Part shown: positions 1 through 8,860 of the stretch, piece after piece
Numbering within the stretch: position 1 is the first letter of the stretch
Layout of the letters: each line of letters begins with the position of its first letter
Assembly: GCA_038230375.1 (NCBI GenBank)
Contig: JBBRNJ010000014.1
Span: 32,001 to 96,000 of the forward strand
Reading direction: 5' to 3'
Length of the DNA stretch: 64,000 nucleotides
DNA from: Polyangiales bacterium
Lineage (GTDB): Bacteria > Myxococcota_A > Polyangia > Polyangiales > Polyangiaceae
Translations under genes and position numbers: made by a program
The notes under the pieces: generated by a model
What the model was told of the DNA's origin: nothing
What the model saw: only the letters and a program-made list of their open reading frames with translations
Database searches by the model: none

Positions 1-2
1 AC

Positions 3-2405
3 GCCGTCATCAAGGTGATCACGTTCGCGCGAAGGCCGCGCGTGGTGCCGCTGCCCGACGAAGGCAAGAAGGCCCCCGCGCTCGAGAGGCACGAGCCGCT
101 TCCGCAAGCCGACAAGCCCGGTGAGGCGCCGAAGGACGGTAAGCCGCGCTCTGGTCTGGGCGCAGGCACCGACATCGCGAGCGCGTTGCAGCTCGCCTAT
201 GGACTCTATCCGAAGGGATATTTGCGGCGTGCCGTGGTGATCACGGATGGCGTCCAGACCGACGGTGACGTGCTCGCCGAGGCGAACCGCGCGAAGGACT
301 TCAACGTCCGCGTCTACACGGTCGCGTACCACCGCCCTGTCCCGGGCGAGGTCGCTCTGCGCGATCTGCGCGTACCGGACAAGGTCCGCGTGGGCGAACC
401 GTTCAACCTGCATGCGCAGGTCTTCTCCAGCCGTCCCCAGACCGTGAAGGCGATCCTGAAGCAGGGCGAGGCGATCAACGGGCTGGACGGCGTTCGCAAC
501 GTGGAGCTCAAGGCCGGCGAGAACGACGTGACCTTCAAGAGCGTCGTTCGCGTCGCTGGCGAGGTCACGTACGCGCTCGACTTGCTCGACATCCCCGAGG
601 ACCGCTTCAAGGAGAACAACCGCTTCGCCGTCACCGTCGCGGTGCCTGGCCGGCCCACGGTGCTCTACGTGGAGGGCAACGTCGCGCGCGCAAGCTACCT
701 GTCCAGCGCGCTCTCGGCGCAGGAGTTCGACGTGGACGTGCGCTCCCCGCGCGAGCTTCCCACCAGCATCCGCGAGCTCGAGCGCTACGACTTCCTCATC
801 CTCTCGGACGCGCCCGCGGAGTCGGTGTCGCTCACGCAGCAGGACGCCATCGAGAGCTACGTGCGCGATCTTGGCGGCGGCTTCCTCTTCGCCGGCGGTG
901 AGAGCGGCTACGGCCTTGGCGGGTGGTACCACACCACGATCGAGCGTATTTTGCCGGTCCGCATGGATGCGGAGAAGCGCCGCGACGAGCCGCAAGTCGC
1001 CATGGTCCTCGTGATCGATCGCTCCGGCTCGATGAGCGGTCTGCCGATCGAGATGGCGAAGGCAGCAGCGAAGGCCACGGCGGACACGCTGTCCGGTGAC
1101 GACCTGCTCGAAGTGATCGCGTTCGATTCGCAGCCCACGCGCGTGGTGCGAATGACGCCCGCGAAGCATCGTGCGCGCATCCAGACCGACATCGCGCGCA
1201 TCCAGGCCGGTGGCGGCACGGAGATCTTCAGCGCCCTCGATGCGAGCTATCAGACTCTCTCCGCGACGCGCGCAAAGCGCAAGCACGTCATCCTGCTCAC
1301 GGACGGTCAGGCGCCAGTGCAGGGCATCCGCGACCTCGTACAGGCCATGGCCGCCGAGGGGATCACGATCTCCAGCGTCGGGCTCGGCAGCGGCGTCGAT
1401 GAGGGCCTGCTTCGCATGGTCAGCGATCTGGGCGGCGGCCGCTTCTACAAGGTGCTCGACCCGCAGAGCCTGCCCAAGGTCTTCACGCGCGAGACCGAGA
1501 TGGTGAGCCGCTCCGCCGCAGTCGAGGAGTACTTCCAGCCGAAGGTCGTCACGACCGCTGACTTCATGCGCGGCGTGGACCTGTCTTCCGCGCCGTTCCT
1601 CCACGGCTACGTCGCGACCAAGATGAAGCCGGCGCCCGCACAGGAGCTGCTCACCAGTGAGCTCGCGGAGCCCATCCTCGCGCGATGGCACGTGGGCCTG
1701 GGCTGGTCGCTCGCATGGACCTCCGACGTGAAGAACCTCTGGGCAGTCGAGTGGCTGCGCTGGCCGGGCTACGGCCAGTTCTGGGGGCAGCTCGTTCGCG
1801 AGCACATGCGCCAGAAGCGGCGCCAGCAGCTCGACATGCGCGCGGAGATCGACCCCGCGACCGGCCACGTGAAGGCCAGCATCGACGCCATCGGCGGAGA
1901 CGATCATTTCCAGAACGGCCTCGATGGAAAGCTCACCGTGAAGGGCCCGCAGCCGAACGGCGAGACGCGGAACATCCCCATGCGCCAGACCGCGCCGGGC
2001 CGCTACGAGGCGGATTTTCCTCTCGAGCGCTACGGCTCGTTCCTGCTCCACGCATCGCTCGAGAAGACCATCGAGGACGGCAAGGGGCAGGGGCGCACCG
2101 CGCAGATCGCGGAGAGCTTCGGCCACGTCACGAACCCGTACCCGCGCGAGTACCTCGCGCTCGCGCCCGACACCGTGACCCTGTCGCGCCTGGCCGCCGC
2201 CACGAACGCTCGCACGGACCCGGACCCGAAGCTGGTGTTCGACCCGCAGGGCGAGTCGGTGCGCGACTACCAGGACCTCTGGTCCCGCTTCGTCGGCGCG
2301 GCTGCGCTGCTCTATCTGATCGATCTGTTCATGCGTCGCGTGCGCATCTTCGACCGCAAGAAGACCGCGCGTGCGGCGATCCCGCGGCGCGCAACGCAAC
2401 CGTAG
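3..2405 (+). CDS. vWA domain protein with class I glutamine amidotransferase-like domain and C-terminal TM helix (5'-truncated by window edge)
   Basis: Frame open from window start; end of a first vWA (VVITDG), Ig-like segment, GATase-like segment (YDFLILSD...GGGFLFAGG), second vWA with MIDAS DRSGS...GGT...LTDG; hydrophobic C-terminus. Confidence 0.85.
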   Translation, partial: AVIKVITFARRPRVVPLPDEGKKAPALERHEPLPQADKPGEAPKDGKPRSGLGAGTDIASALQLAYGLYPKGYLRRAVVITDGVQTDGDVLAEANRAKDFNVRVYTVAYHRPVPGEVALRDLRVPDKVRVGEPFNLHAQVFSSRPQTVKAILKQGEAINGLDGVRNVELKAGENDVTFKSVVRVAGEVTYALDLLDIPEDRFKENNRFAVTVAVPGRPTVLYVEGNVARASYLSSALSAQEFDVDVRSPRELPTSIRELERYDFLILSDAPAESVSLTQQDAIESYVRDLGGGFLFAGGESGYGLGGWYHTTIERILPVRMDAEKRRDEPQVAMVLVIDRSGSMSGLPIEMAKAAAKATADTLSGDDLLEVIAFDSQPTRVVRMTPAKHRARIQTDIARIQAGGGTEIFSALDASYQTLSATRAKRKHVILLTDGQAPVQGIRDLVQAMAAEGITISSVGLGSGVDEGLLRMVSDLGGGRFYKVLDPQSLPKVFTRETEMVSRSAAVEEYFQPKVVTTADFMRGVDLSSAPFLHGYVATKMKPAPAQELLTSELAEPILARWHVGLGWSLAWTSDVKNLWAVEWLRWPGYGQFWGQLVREHMRQKRRQQLDMRAEIDPATGHVKASIDAIGGDDHFQNGLDGKLTVKGPQPNGETRNIPMRQTAPGRYEADFPLERYGSFLLHASLEKTIEDGKGQGRTAQIAESFGHVTNPYPREYLALAPDTVTLSRLAAATNARTDPDPKLVFDPQGESVRDYQDLWSRFVGAAALLYLIDLFMRRVRIFDRKKTARAAIPRRATQP

Positions 2406-2541
2406 GCGGTCGCTGGGCATCCAACCGGGCGTAAGTCTGGAGTTCACCGGAGTTACGCCCGCGCCCACCTCATCCAGCGCCGTCTCGTTGTGATGCTTCT
2501 TGGTGAAGCAGGCGAAGCGCGCTAGAAGGCCCACCTTCGCC

Positions 2542-3903
2542 ATGGCAGTCCACGTCGAAAACGACATCACCGTGAGCCGTTACGAGGACCTGCTCGTCCC
2601 GTTCACTTCTTCCGAGAAGCCGGTGACCGAGTTCCGCTGCGGCGCCGAGATGGAGAAGTTCGGCGTGCTTCCGGGCGGCGCGGTGCTCCCCTACGAAGGG
2701 CCCGCCAGCGTCCGCATGGTGATGAAGTCCCTCGAGGACGGCTATGGCTGGGTGCCCGAGTCCGAGGTCAAGGACGGCCCGGTGCTCGCGCTGCTCCGCA
2801 AGGGTGCGTCCATCACGCTGGAGCCCGGCAGCCAGTTCGAGCTCTCTGGCGCGCCCATGCTCCAGTCGCACGAGATCTGCGCCGAGTTCCGCAATCACCT
2901 CTCCGAGATCCGTCCCGTGTCGGAGCGCCTCGGCATCAAGTGGCTCGGCCTTGGGTTCCACCCGTTCTCGAAGCGTGCAGACTACACGTTCGTACCGAAG
3001 CAGCGCTACGGCGTCATGCGTGAGTACCTGCCCAAGCGCGGCTCGCTTGCGCTGGACATGATGCTGCGCACGTCCACGGTGCAGGGCAACTACGACTACA
3101 TCGACGAGAAGGACGCGATGCGGAAGCTCCGCGTCGGGCTCCGCCTCTCCGCCGTCACCACGGCCATGTTCGCGAACAGCCCGTTCTACGAGGGCAAGCC
3201 CTTCGGCGGTAAGAGCTTCCGCGCCAAGGTGTGGGTCAACATGGATCCGGATCGCTCCGGCCTGGTGCCCTCGTGCTGGAACGAGAAGGCGACCTACCGC
3301 GACTACATCGAGTGGGCGCTCTCCGCGCCGATGTTCATGTTCAAGCGCGGCGACGAGATGCTCGCGAACACCGGCCAGACGTTCCGCAGCTTCTTCACGG
3401 ACGGCTTCCAGGGTCACAAGCCGCTCATGAGCGACTGGCTCACGCACCTGAACACGCTCTTCCCGGAGGTCCGCCTCAAGAAGACGATCGAGGTGCGCGG
3501 CGCGGATTCGCAGGGCGGGGCCACGGCGTGCGCGCTCCCGGCGCTCTACCTTGGGATCTACTACGACGACAAGGCGCTCGCAGAGGCCGAGGCTCTGACA
3601 GCCGACTTCACCCACGACGAGGTGGAGGCAAGCCGGCAGCACGTCTGGGACAAGGGGCTCTCGGCGCCGTTCCGCGGCAAGACGCTCCTACCGCTCGCGC
3701 AGCGCCTGCTGGAGATCGCCGAGGGCGGCCTCGAGCGACGCGCGTTCAAGTCGACGAAGGGCAACGACGAACGCGTGCATCTTGCACGTATCAAGACGCT
3801 GCTCGCGAAGGGCCAGTGCCCCGCGGACGCGCTGCTGGAGAACCTGCCCGAGGGCGATCTCACCGAAGAGATCATTCGCCGCACGAACCTACACCAGGGT
3901 TGA
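2542..3903 (+). CDS. gshA: glutamate--cysteine ligase (GCS2/plant-type)
   Basis: GAEMEKF, TLEPGSQFELSGAP, MMLRTSTVQ, FANSPF, HLNTLFPEVRLK, EVRGAD motifs. Confidence 0.92.
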   Translation: MAVHVENDITVSRYEDLLVPFTSSEKPVTEFRCGAEMEKFGVLPGGAVLPYEGPASVRMVMKSLEDGYGWVPESEVKDGPVLALLRKGASITLEPGSQFELSGAPMLQSHEICAEFRNHLSEIRPVSERLGIKWLGLGFHPFSKRADYTFVPKQRYGVMREYLPKRGSLALDMMLRTSTVQGNYDYIDEKDAMRKLRVGLRLSAVTTAMFANSPFYEGKPFGGKSFRAKVWVNMDPDRSGLVPSCWNEKATYRDYIEWALSAPMFMFKRGDEMLANTGQTFRSFFTDGFQGHKPLMSDWLTHLNTLFPEVRLKKTIEVRGADSQGGATACALPALYLGIYYDDKALAEAEALTADFTHDEVEASRQHVWDKGLSAPFRGKTLLPLAQRLLEIAEGGLERRAFKSTKGNDERVHLARIKTLLAKGQCPADALLENLPEGDLTEEIIRRTNLHQG

Positions 3904-3905
3904 AA

Positions 3906-4535
3906 CTACCTGGCACCGTCGACGGCCCGCAGCGCGGCGATCAGGGTGCGGACGAGGGTGGGATCTTTTTTTCCCGGAGCGGACTCTACTCCGCTGGCTA
4001 CGTCGATGCAGAACGGGTGGACGGCGGTGATGGCTTGCGCGACGTTGTCGGGGTTGAGGCCTCCTGCGAGGGAGAGCTTTCGTTCGCGGGCTAGTGGGGC
4101 GACCAGGGTGAAGTCGACCAGGGTGCCGGTGCCTCCGAGCTTGTTGGGGACGTAGGCGTCTACGAGGAGGTGATCGCCTTTGAAGGTTCGGGCGCGTGTG
4201 ATGTCGGCTTCGGTTCTCACGCGGATGGCTTTGTAGGCGTGGGGTAGGAGCGGTTCGAGATCTTCGGGGAGCTCGTCTCCGTGGAGCTGTAGGCAGCCGA
4301 GGCCGAGGCGTGTTCGGAGCGCGAGCATGTCTGGCACCGAGAGGTTTGCGACCACGCCTACCACCAGCACGTTGGTGTCACGTAGGGCGGCGACGATCTT
4401 GGCGGCGAGGTCCTCGCTGATGTGGCGTGGGCTCTCGGGTATGAAGTTGAGGCCGATCGAGGAGGCGCCGCTTGCTACGCACATCTCGGCGTCGGCGACG
4501 GTGGTCACGCCGCAGATCTTGACGTGCGTCGCCAT
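3906..4535 (-). CDS. trpF: phosphoribosylanthranilate isomerase
   Basis: VKICG, SPR, QLHGDE, GGTG, LAGGLNPDNV, DVASGVE motifs. Confidence 0.96.
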   Translation of the reverse strand: MATHVKICGVTTVADAEMCVASGASSIGLNFIPESPRHISEDLAAKIVAALRDTNVLVVGVVANLSVPDMLALRTRLGLGCLQLHGDELPEDLEPLLPHAYKAIRVRTEADITRARTFKGDHLLVDAYVPNKLGGTGTLVDFTLVAPLARERKLSLAGGLNPDNVAQAITAVHPFCIDVASGVESAPGKKDPTLVRTLIAALRAVDGAR

Positions 4536-4542
4536 GGCTCGA

Positions 4543-4935
4543 CTAGGCCGTTTCGGGCATCTTCAGCAGCTCTCGCACCTTTGCAATCACCACCTGCGCG
4601 ACGATTGGCTTGGTGATGTACGCGTTGGCGCCGAGCGCCATGGCCCGTCCGCGATCCTCTTCCGACGCCTCTGTCGTGATGACGACGATGGGCACGTCCT
4701 TGTGGGTCGGGTCCAGCCGGACGCGGCGAACCAGCTTCAGACCGTCCATGATCGGCATGTTGATGTCGGTCAGGATGATGTCGAACTTGCCGGTGGCGAG
4801 CTTGCGCAGCCCGTCGACGCCGTCGTCCGCTTCCGTGACGCGCATCTTCGGAATGCGGGTGAGCGCGAACACGATGAGCTGGCGCATCATCGGCGAGTCT
4901 TCCACGACCAGGGCGTGCTTCTCCGACAAGATCAC
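4543..4935 (-). CDS. single-domain response regulator (CheY-like)
   Basis: VVEDS, ILTDINMPIMDG, ITT, YITKP receiver motifs. Confidence 0.93.
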   Translation of the reverse strand: MILSEKHALVVEDSPMMRQLIVFALTRIPKMRVTEADDGVDGLRKLATGKFDIILTDINMPIMDGLKLVRRVRLDPTHKDVPIVVITTEASEEDRGRAMALGANAYITKPIVAQVVIAKVRELLKMPETA

Positions 4936-4951
4936 TCTTTTCTACACGACT

Positions 4952-5503
4952 TCAAAGCGGACCGCCATCACGCAGCCTGCGCCGTGCGCCGCCGTCGGAC
5001 ATATCCGTGTTGCCAGCGCCGCCACCATCGGGGCGGGGCGCGTAATAAAGCGGCACCATGATCATCACGTCCTTGTCGAGCGCGTCGAATCCGAACGTCT
5101 CCGCGGTATGCCGCAAGCAGTCGAGCGTGTCGTTCGAGAGCGTCGAGCCGGACACCTTCGCCTCCTTCACGTGACCGTCAGCTGCAATCGAGAGCGTGAG
5201 CTCCGTCCCGCCTTTCTCATCCGGGTGCGTCGCGAGCGCCGTCGCGTAGCAGGCCGCGAGCTTGGGGCGGAGCGCTGTTGTTCCGTGCTCGATGCCCAGG
5301 TTGCGTGGGCGTCCCTTTGCGGACTTTTGCCCGCCGTCATCCGGGGAGCTGCTGGCGTCGTCCCCAGCGTCGTCGGCAAAGGCTACTGCGGCGTCCTGTG
5401 GTGAGAGCTCAGCGGTCTTCTTGCACGCGGCGCAGAGCGAGAGGCCGAGGAGCACCGACATGCCGAGAGCCTGCGCACGAAACATCTTCAGGCTCGCAGC
5501 CAT
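4952..5503 (-). CDS. lipoprotein with AgmX/PglI (TonB C-terminal-like) domain
   Basis: Signal peptide ending in lipobox-like AAC; ACY...L...P...G...L.I.ADG.V...DCL pattern. Confidence 0.6.
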   Translation of the reverse strand: MAASLKMFRAQALGMSVLLGLSLCAACKKTAELSPQDAAVAFADDAGDDASSSPDDGGQKSAKGRPRNLGIEHGTTALRPKLAACYATALATHPDEKGGTELTLSIAADGHVKEAKVSGSTLSNDTLDCLRHTAETFGFDALDKDVMIMVPLYYAPRPDGGGAGNTDMSDGGARRRLRDGGPL

Positions 5504-6555
5504 AGCGAGAGCTCGCCCGCGATGATCTTCGGCACGGTGCGCAGCGCGGTGAGATCCTTGCAGCCGGTGAGCAGCATCGCCGTTGCGAGCTCGCGCTCCA
5601 GCCGGTCGAAGAAGCCAAGGGCCCCGGCGCGACCGCCGGACTCGAGCGCCATGAGGGCAGCACGCGCGACGCCCACCAGGTTCGCGCCGAGCGTGATCGC
5701 CTTCGCGATGTCGAGCCCGTTCGCCACGCCGCCTGTGGCGATCAGCGTGTCGAAGCCCAGCGGCGCAAGCATGCCCACGCTCGCAGCCGTGGGGATCCCC
5801 CAGTCCCAGTAGAGCTCGCCGAGCGCACGCGCGGGCGCGTCTCCTGCAGCTTCCGCGCGCTTGGTCTCGACCCCGACCCAGGACGTCCCGCCCGCGCCGG
5901 ACACGTCCACGTGCCTCACGCCAACGCTGGCGAGTCGCGCGCCCGTCGCGCGGGAGATGCCGCAGCCCGTCTCCTTTGCGATGATCGGGCGGTCGAGCTC
6001 CTTCACGAGCCGCTCGATGGTGGCGAGGCCGCCGCGGAAATCACGGTCACCGCCAGCCTGCACCAGCTCCATCGCCGGATTCAGGTGAATGCACATCGCG
6101 TCGGCGCCGATCTCGTGCGCGAGCGTGCGCACCTCCTCGGTGCTCATGGAGCGCGCCTGCACGACGCCAACGTTGCCGAGCACCAGCGTGGTGGGCGCGA
6201 TGTCACGCACGCGATACGTGGAGGCAGACTCCTTGCGCACGTGCATCGCCCGCTGGCTTCCCACGCCGAACGCGTAGCCCCGCTGCTCTGCGATCTCCGC
6301 GAGCTCGCGGTTCACCTTCGCAGCGCGCTCGGTCCCGCCGGTCATCGCCGCGATCAGGATGGGCGCGCGGAGCGGCTTGCCGAGGATCGTGCACGCGAGC
6401 GAGACGTCCTCGACGGCGAGATCTGGCAGCGCCTCGTGAATGAGTCGCACGTCGGCGAACAGCGGCCCCTTCGCCTTGAAGGCCACTTCGTCGGTGGCGC
6501 AGAGCGCGAGGTGATCGGCTTTGCGCTGGGGGAGCTCGGCAGGGTTCTCGGTCAT
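5488..6555 (-). CDS. fni: type 2 isopentenyl-diphosphate delta-isomerase (FMN-dependent)
   Basis: RKADHL, AMTGG, GVGSQR, IHLNP, KETGCG, GAGGTSW, WGIPT motifs. Confidence 0.96.
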   Translation of the reverse strand: MTENPAELPQRKADHLALCATDEVAFKAKGPLFADVRLIHEALPDLAVEDVSLACTILGKPLRAPILIAAMTGGTERAAKVNRELAEIAEQRGYAFGVGSQRAMHVRKESASTYRVRDIAPTTLVLGNVGVVQARSMSTEEVRTLAHEIGADAMCIHLNPAMELVQAGGDRDFRGGLATIERLVKELDRPIIAKETGCGISRATGARLASVGVRHVDVSGAGGTSWVGVETKRAEAAGDAPARALGELYWDWGIPTAASVGMLAPLGFDTLIATGGVANGLDIAKAITLGANLVGVARAALMALESGGRAGALGFFDRLERELATAMLLTGCKDLTALRTVPKIIAGELSLWLRA

Positions 6556-6627
6556 CGGGAAGTCATAGAGTCTTCAAAGAAAATTGAAAGTATCTGGAAT
6601 GTTTCGCAAAATATCCACAAACCATCG

Positions 6628-6656
6628 TTGACAGCCGAACCGCCTATCCCTACATA
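6628..6656 (+). promoter_or_regulatory. sigma70-type promoter for the mevalonate operon
   Basis: TTGACA-17 bp-TACATA preceded by an AT-rich tract. Confidence 0.65.
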
Positions 6657-6666
6657 AAAGCCGTTC

Positions 6667-6786
6667 GGGGGCAGCCCCGGGCCGTTCGACGAAAGCGTGC
6701 TAACCGACCGTCGCGCGAATGCGTAATGCCTGTAGTAGGCGAGCACTTAGCACGGCCGCCGACAGCTCGAAATCCCGGAAGCCCTC
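6667..6786 (+). ncRNA. candidate structured 5' leader / sRNA upstream of the mevalonate operon
   Basis: Nested pairings GGGGGC/GCCCTC, CCGGG/CCCGG, TTCGA/TCGAA, CGTGCTAA/TTAGCACG, starting just after the predicted TSS. Confidence 0.35.
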
Positions 6787-6800
6787 TCGCTGCCATCTCC

Positions 6801-7880
6801 ATGTCCGACGACCGACACGACCGCGTTGCCTTCGAGGCCCACCTGGCGCACACCAAGGTGGTCGTGGACCGCGCGCTCGGTGAGCTGCTCGAGACGGAGC
6901 TCGCGTTCGTGGGTGGCATCCGCGCGGACCTCGCACATGCGATCGGGTGTGTGAAGGAGCTCGCCCTTCGCGGCGGCAAGCGCTTTCGCGCTGGGCTCTC
7001 CGCTGCTGCATACCTCGGATACGGGGGAAAAGACTGGGCCGGATGCGTCCCAGCCCTCGTGTCGCTCGAGCTGCTACAAGTCTACCTCCTCATCCACGAC
7101 GACTGGATGGACGGCGATGAGATCCGCAGAGGCGGCAAGAGCGTACCTGCCATGATGCGCGAAGGTTATGGAGCGAAGCAGGCGGATGCCTGGTCGATCC
7201 TTGCCGGCGACTACGCGTGCGCGCTCGCGCAGAAGGCCCTCGCGGGCGCGGAGCCGTCGAACATGGCGGCGGCCGTCGCGTGCTTCGGCGACATGCAGCG
7301 CGACGTGGTCCTGGGACAGATGCTCGACGTGGCGCCGCTCGAGGTGTTGGGAGCGCGGGCCGAGGGGCAATCGCCCGCCGATCTCTCACCGATCGAGACC
7401 GTCTATCGGCTCAAGACCGGCGCGTACACGGTTCGCGGCCCTCTCGCGCTGGGCGCGATCCTCGCGGGCGCCAGCCCGGAGCGCGTTTCGCGTCTCGCGC
7501 GCTTCGCCGATGCCGTTGGCGTGGCCTTCCAGCTCACCGACGACCTGCTGTCCACGTTCGGCACGAAGGACGACACCGGAAAGCCTGCGTACGGCGATCT
7601 GCGCGAGGGCAAGCTGACGTGGCTGGTCCTCAGGGCCATGGATGACGCTCGCGTTCGCGAGGCGATGCCCGGCACCTTCGGCGTGCGCGACGACTCGGAC
7701 GAGAAGCTCGGTGCGCTTGCACAGGCGATCGAGGCATCGGGCGCAAAGGCCGCGAGCATCGCGCGCGCGCAGGAGCTCTCCCGTGAGGCCCGCGCCGCGT
7801 TGCCGTCCCTGGAGCTGCCGGCACAGACAGCGCAGCTCCTTTCCGGCGCCGTCGTCGCGCTCACGGAGCGCGCGTCATGA
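6801..7880 (+). CDS. polyprenyl diphosphate synthase (GGPP synthase-like)
   Basis: GGKRFR, FARM HDDWMD..RRG, GQMLD, KTG.YT, FQLTDDL, GDLREGK. Confidence 0.92.
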   Translation: MSDDRHDRVAFEAHLAHTKVVVDRALGELLETELAFVGGIRADLAHAIGCVKELALRGGKRFRAGLSAAAYLGYGGKDWAGCVPALVSLELLQVYLLIHDDWMDGDEIRRGGKSVPAMMREGYGAKQADAWSILAGDYACALAQKALAGAEPSNMAAAVACFGDMQRDVVLGQMLDVAPLEVLGARAEGQSPADLSPIETVYRLKTGAYTVRGPLALGAILAGASPERVSRLARFADAVGVAFQLTDDLLSTFGTKDDTGKPAYGDLREGKLTWLVLRAMDDARVREAMPGTFGVRDDSDEKLGALAQAIEASGAKAASIARAQELSREARAALPSLELPAQTAQLLSGAVVALTERAS

Positions 7881-8860
7881 GCCGCCATCGCGCCCTTGGC
7901 AAGGTGATCCTGAACGGCGAGCACGCGGTCGTCTACGGCGTGCCTGCGATCGCCGTCGGCATCGACACGGGTGCGTGGGCAGAGTCGTCGCCCGCCGCAG
8001 AGTCCACGCTGTACGTGCGCGGCTGGGACATCACCGTGCACGAGACCATGCCCAGCACCGAGGAGGACCGCAACAACGAGCCCCCGCTCGCCCGCGCGTT
8101 CCGCAACATCCTCGAGGAGACCCGCTCGCGGCAGCGCGCGCAGGGCGCTACCGTCATCGCAAACGTGAGCGTCGTTGCGGAGGCGGACCTCCCGCCGGGC
8201 GGTGGTCTTGGATGCTCCGCGGCGATCGGCGTGGCGGTCGCACGCGCGCTCGAGCCTCGCGCCAGCGGCGATGAGATCGCGAGCCGCGTGATGGCGTGGG
8301 AGCGCGTCTTCCACGGCAATCCCTCCGGCATCGACGCCGCCGTCTCCGCGAGCGGTGGCTGCGTCTACTTCCGTCGCGGCAAGCCCATGGAGCGCGTGTC
8401 GCTGAAGGCGCCGCTCATCCTCGCCATCGGCAACACCGGCATCGCGTCGAGCACGAAGACCATGGTGGAGGTCGTCGCACGCCAGTTCGAGCAGAAGCGA
8501 GAGACCACCGAGCGCGCCTTCGAAGGCATCCGTGTCCTCGTAGAGAACGCGCGGCACGCGATCACCGCGGGCGATCTGGCTGCCCTCGGCAAGCTCCTCG
8601 ACCTCAACCAGATGCTCCTCGCCGGCCTGTTCGTGTCCAGCGAGGACATCGAGCGCATGTGCGGGTCCGCCCGCGATCACGGCGCGCTCGGCGCAAAGCT
8701 CACGGGAGCCGGTGGTGGCGGCAGCGTTGTCGCGCTCGCGCCCAGCGCGGACACGGCCTCGCGCATCGTCTCCGCATGGAGGAACGACGGCTTCTCCGGC
8801 TTCGTCACCACTGTCGGCCAGGAACCCTGCGCGGTCACCTACGGGGAGTCCTCGCCATGA
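7877..8860 (+). CDS. mvk: mevalonate kinase
   Basis: GKVILNGEHAVVYG, PPGGGLGCSAA, HGNPSGID, AKLTGAGGGG GHMP motifs; ATGA overlap with upstream gene. Confidence 0.93.
   Translation: MSRHRALGKVILNGEHAVVYGVPAIAVGIDTGAWAESSPAAESTLYVRGWDITVHETMPSTEEDRNNEPPLARAFRNILEETRSRQRAQGATVIANVSVVAEADLPPGGGLGCSAAIGVAVARALEPRASGDEIASRVMAWERVFHGNPSGIDAAVSASGGCVYFRRGKPMERVSLKAPLILAIGNTGIASSTKTMVEVVARQFEQKRETTERAFEGIRVLVENARHAITAGDLAALGKLLDLNQMLLAGLFVSSEDIERMCGSARDHGALGAKLTGAGGGGSVVALAPSADTASRIVSAWRNDGFSGFVTTVGQEPCAVTYGESSP

Noticed and set aside
6611..6619. DnaA-box-like ATATCCACA (another near 37575)
   Set aside because: Isolated 8/9 matches with no cluster or origin genes
6667..6786. 6S RNA or SRP RNA identity for the rod-shaped leader
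   Set aside because: Too short for 6S and lacks its conserved 3' bubble sequence; lacks the SRP CAGG..GGAA..GCAG domain IV motif
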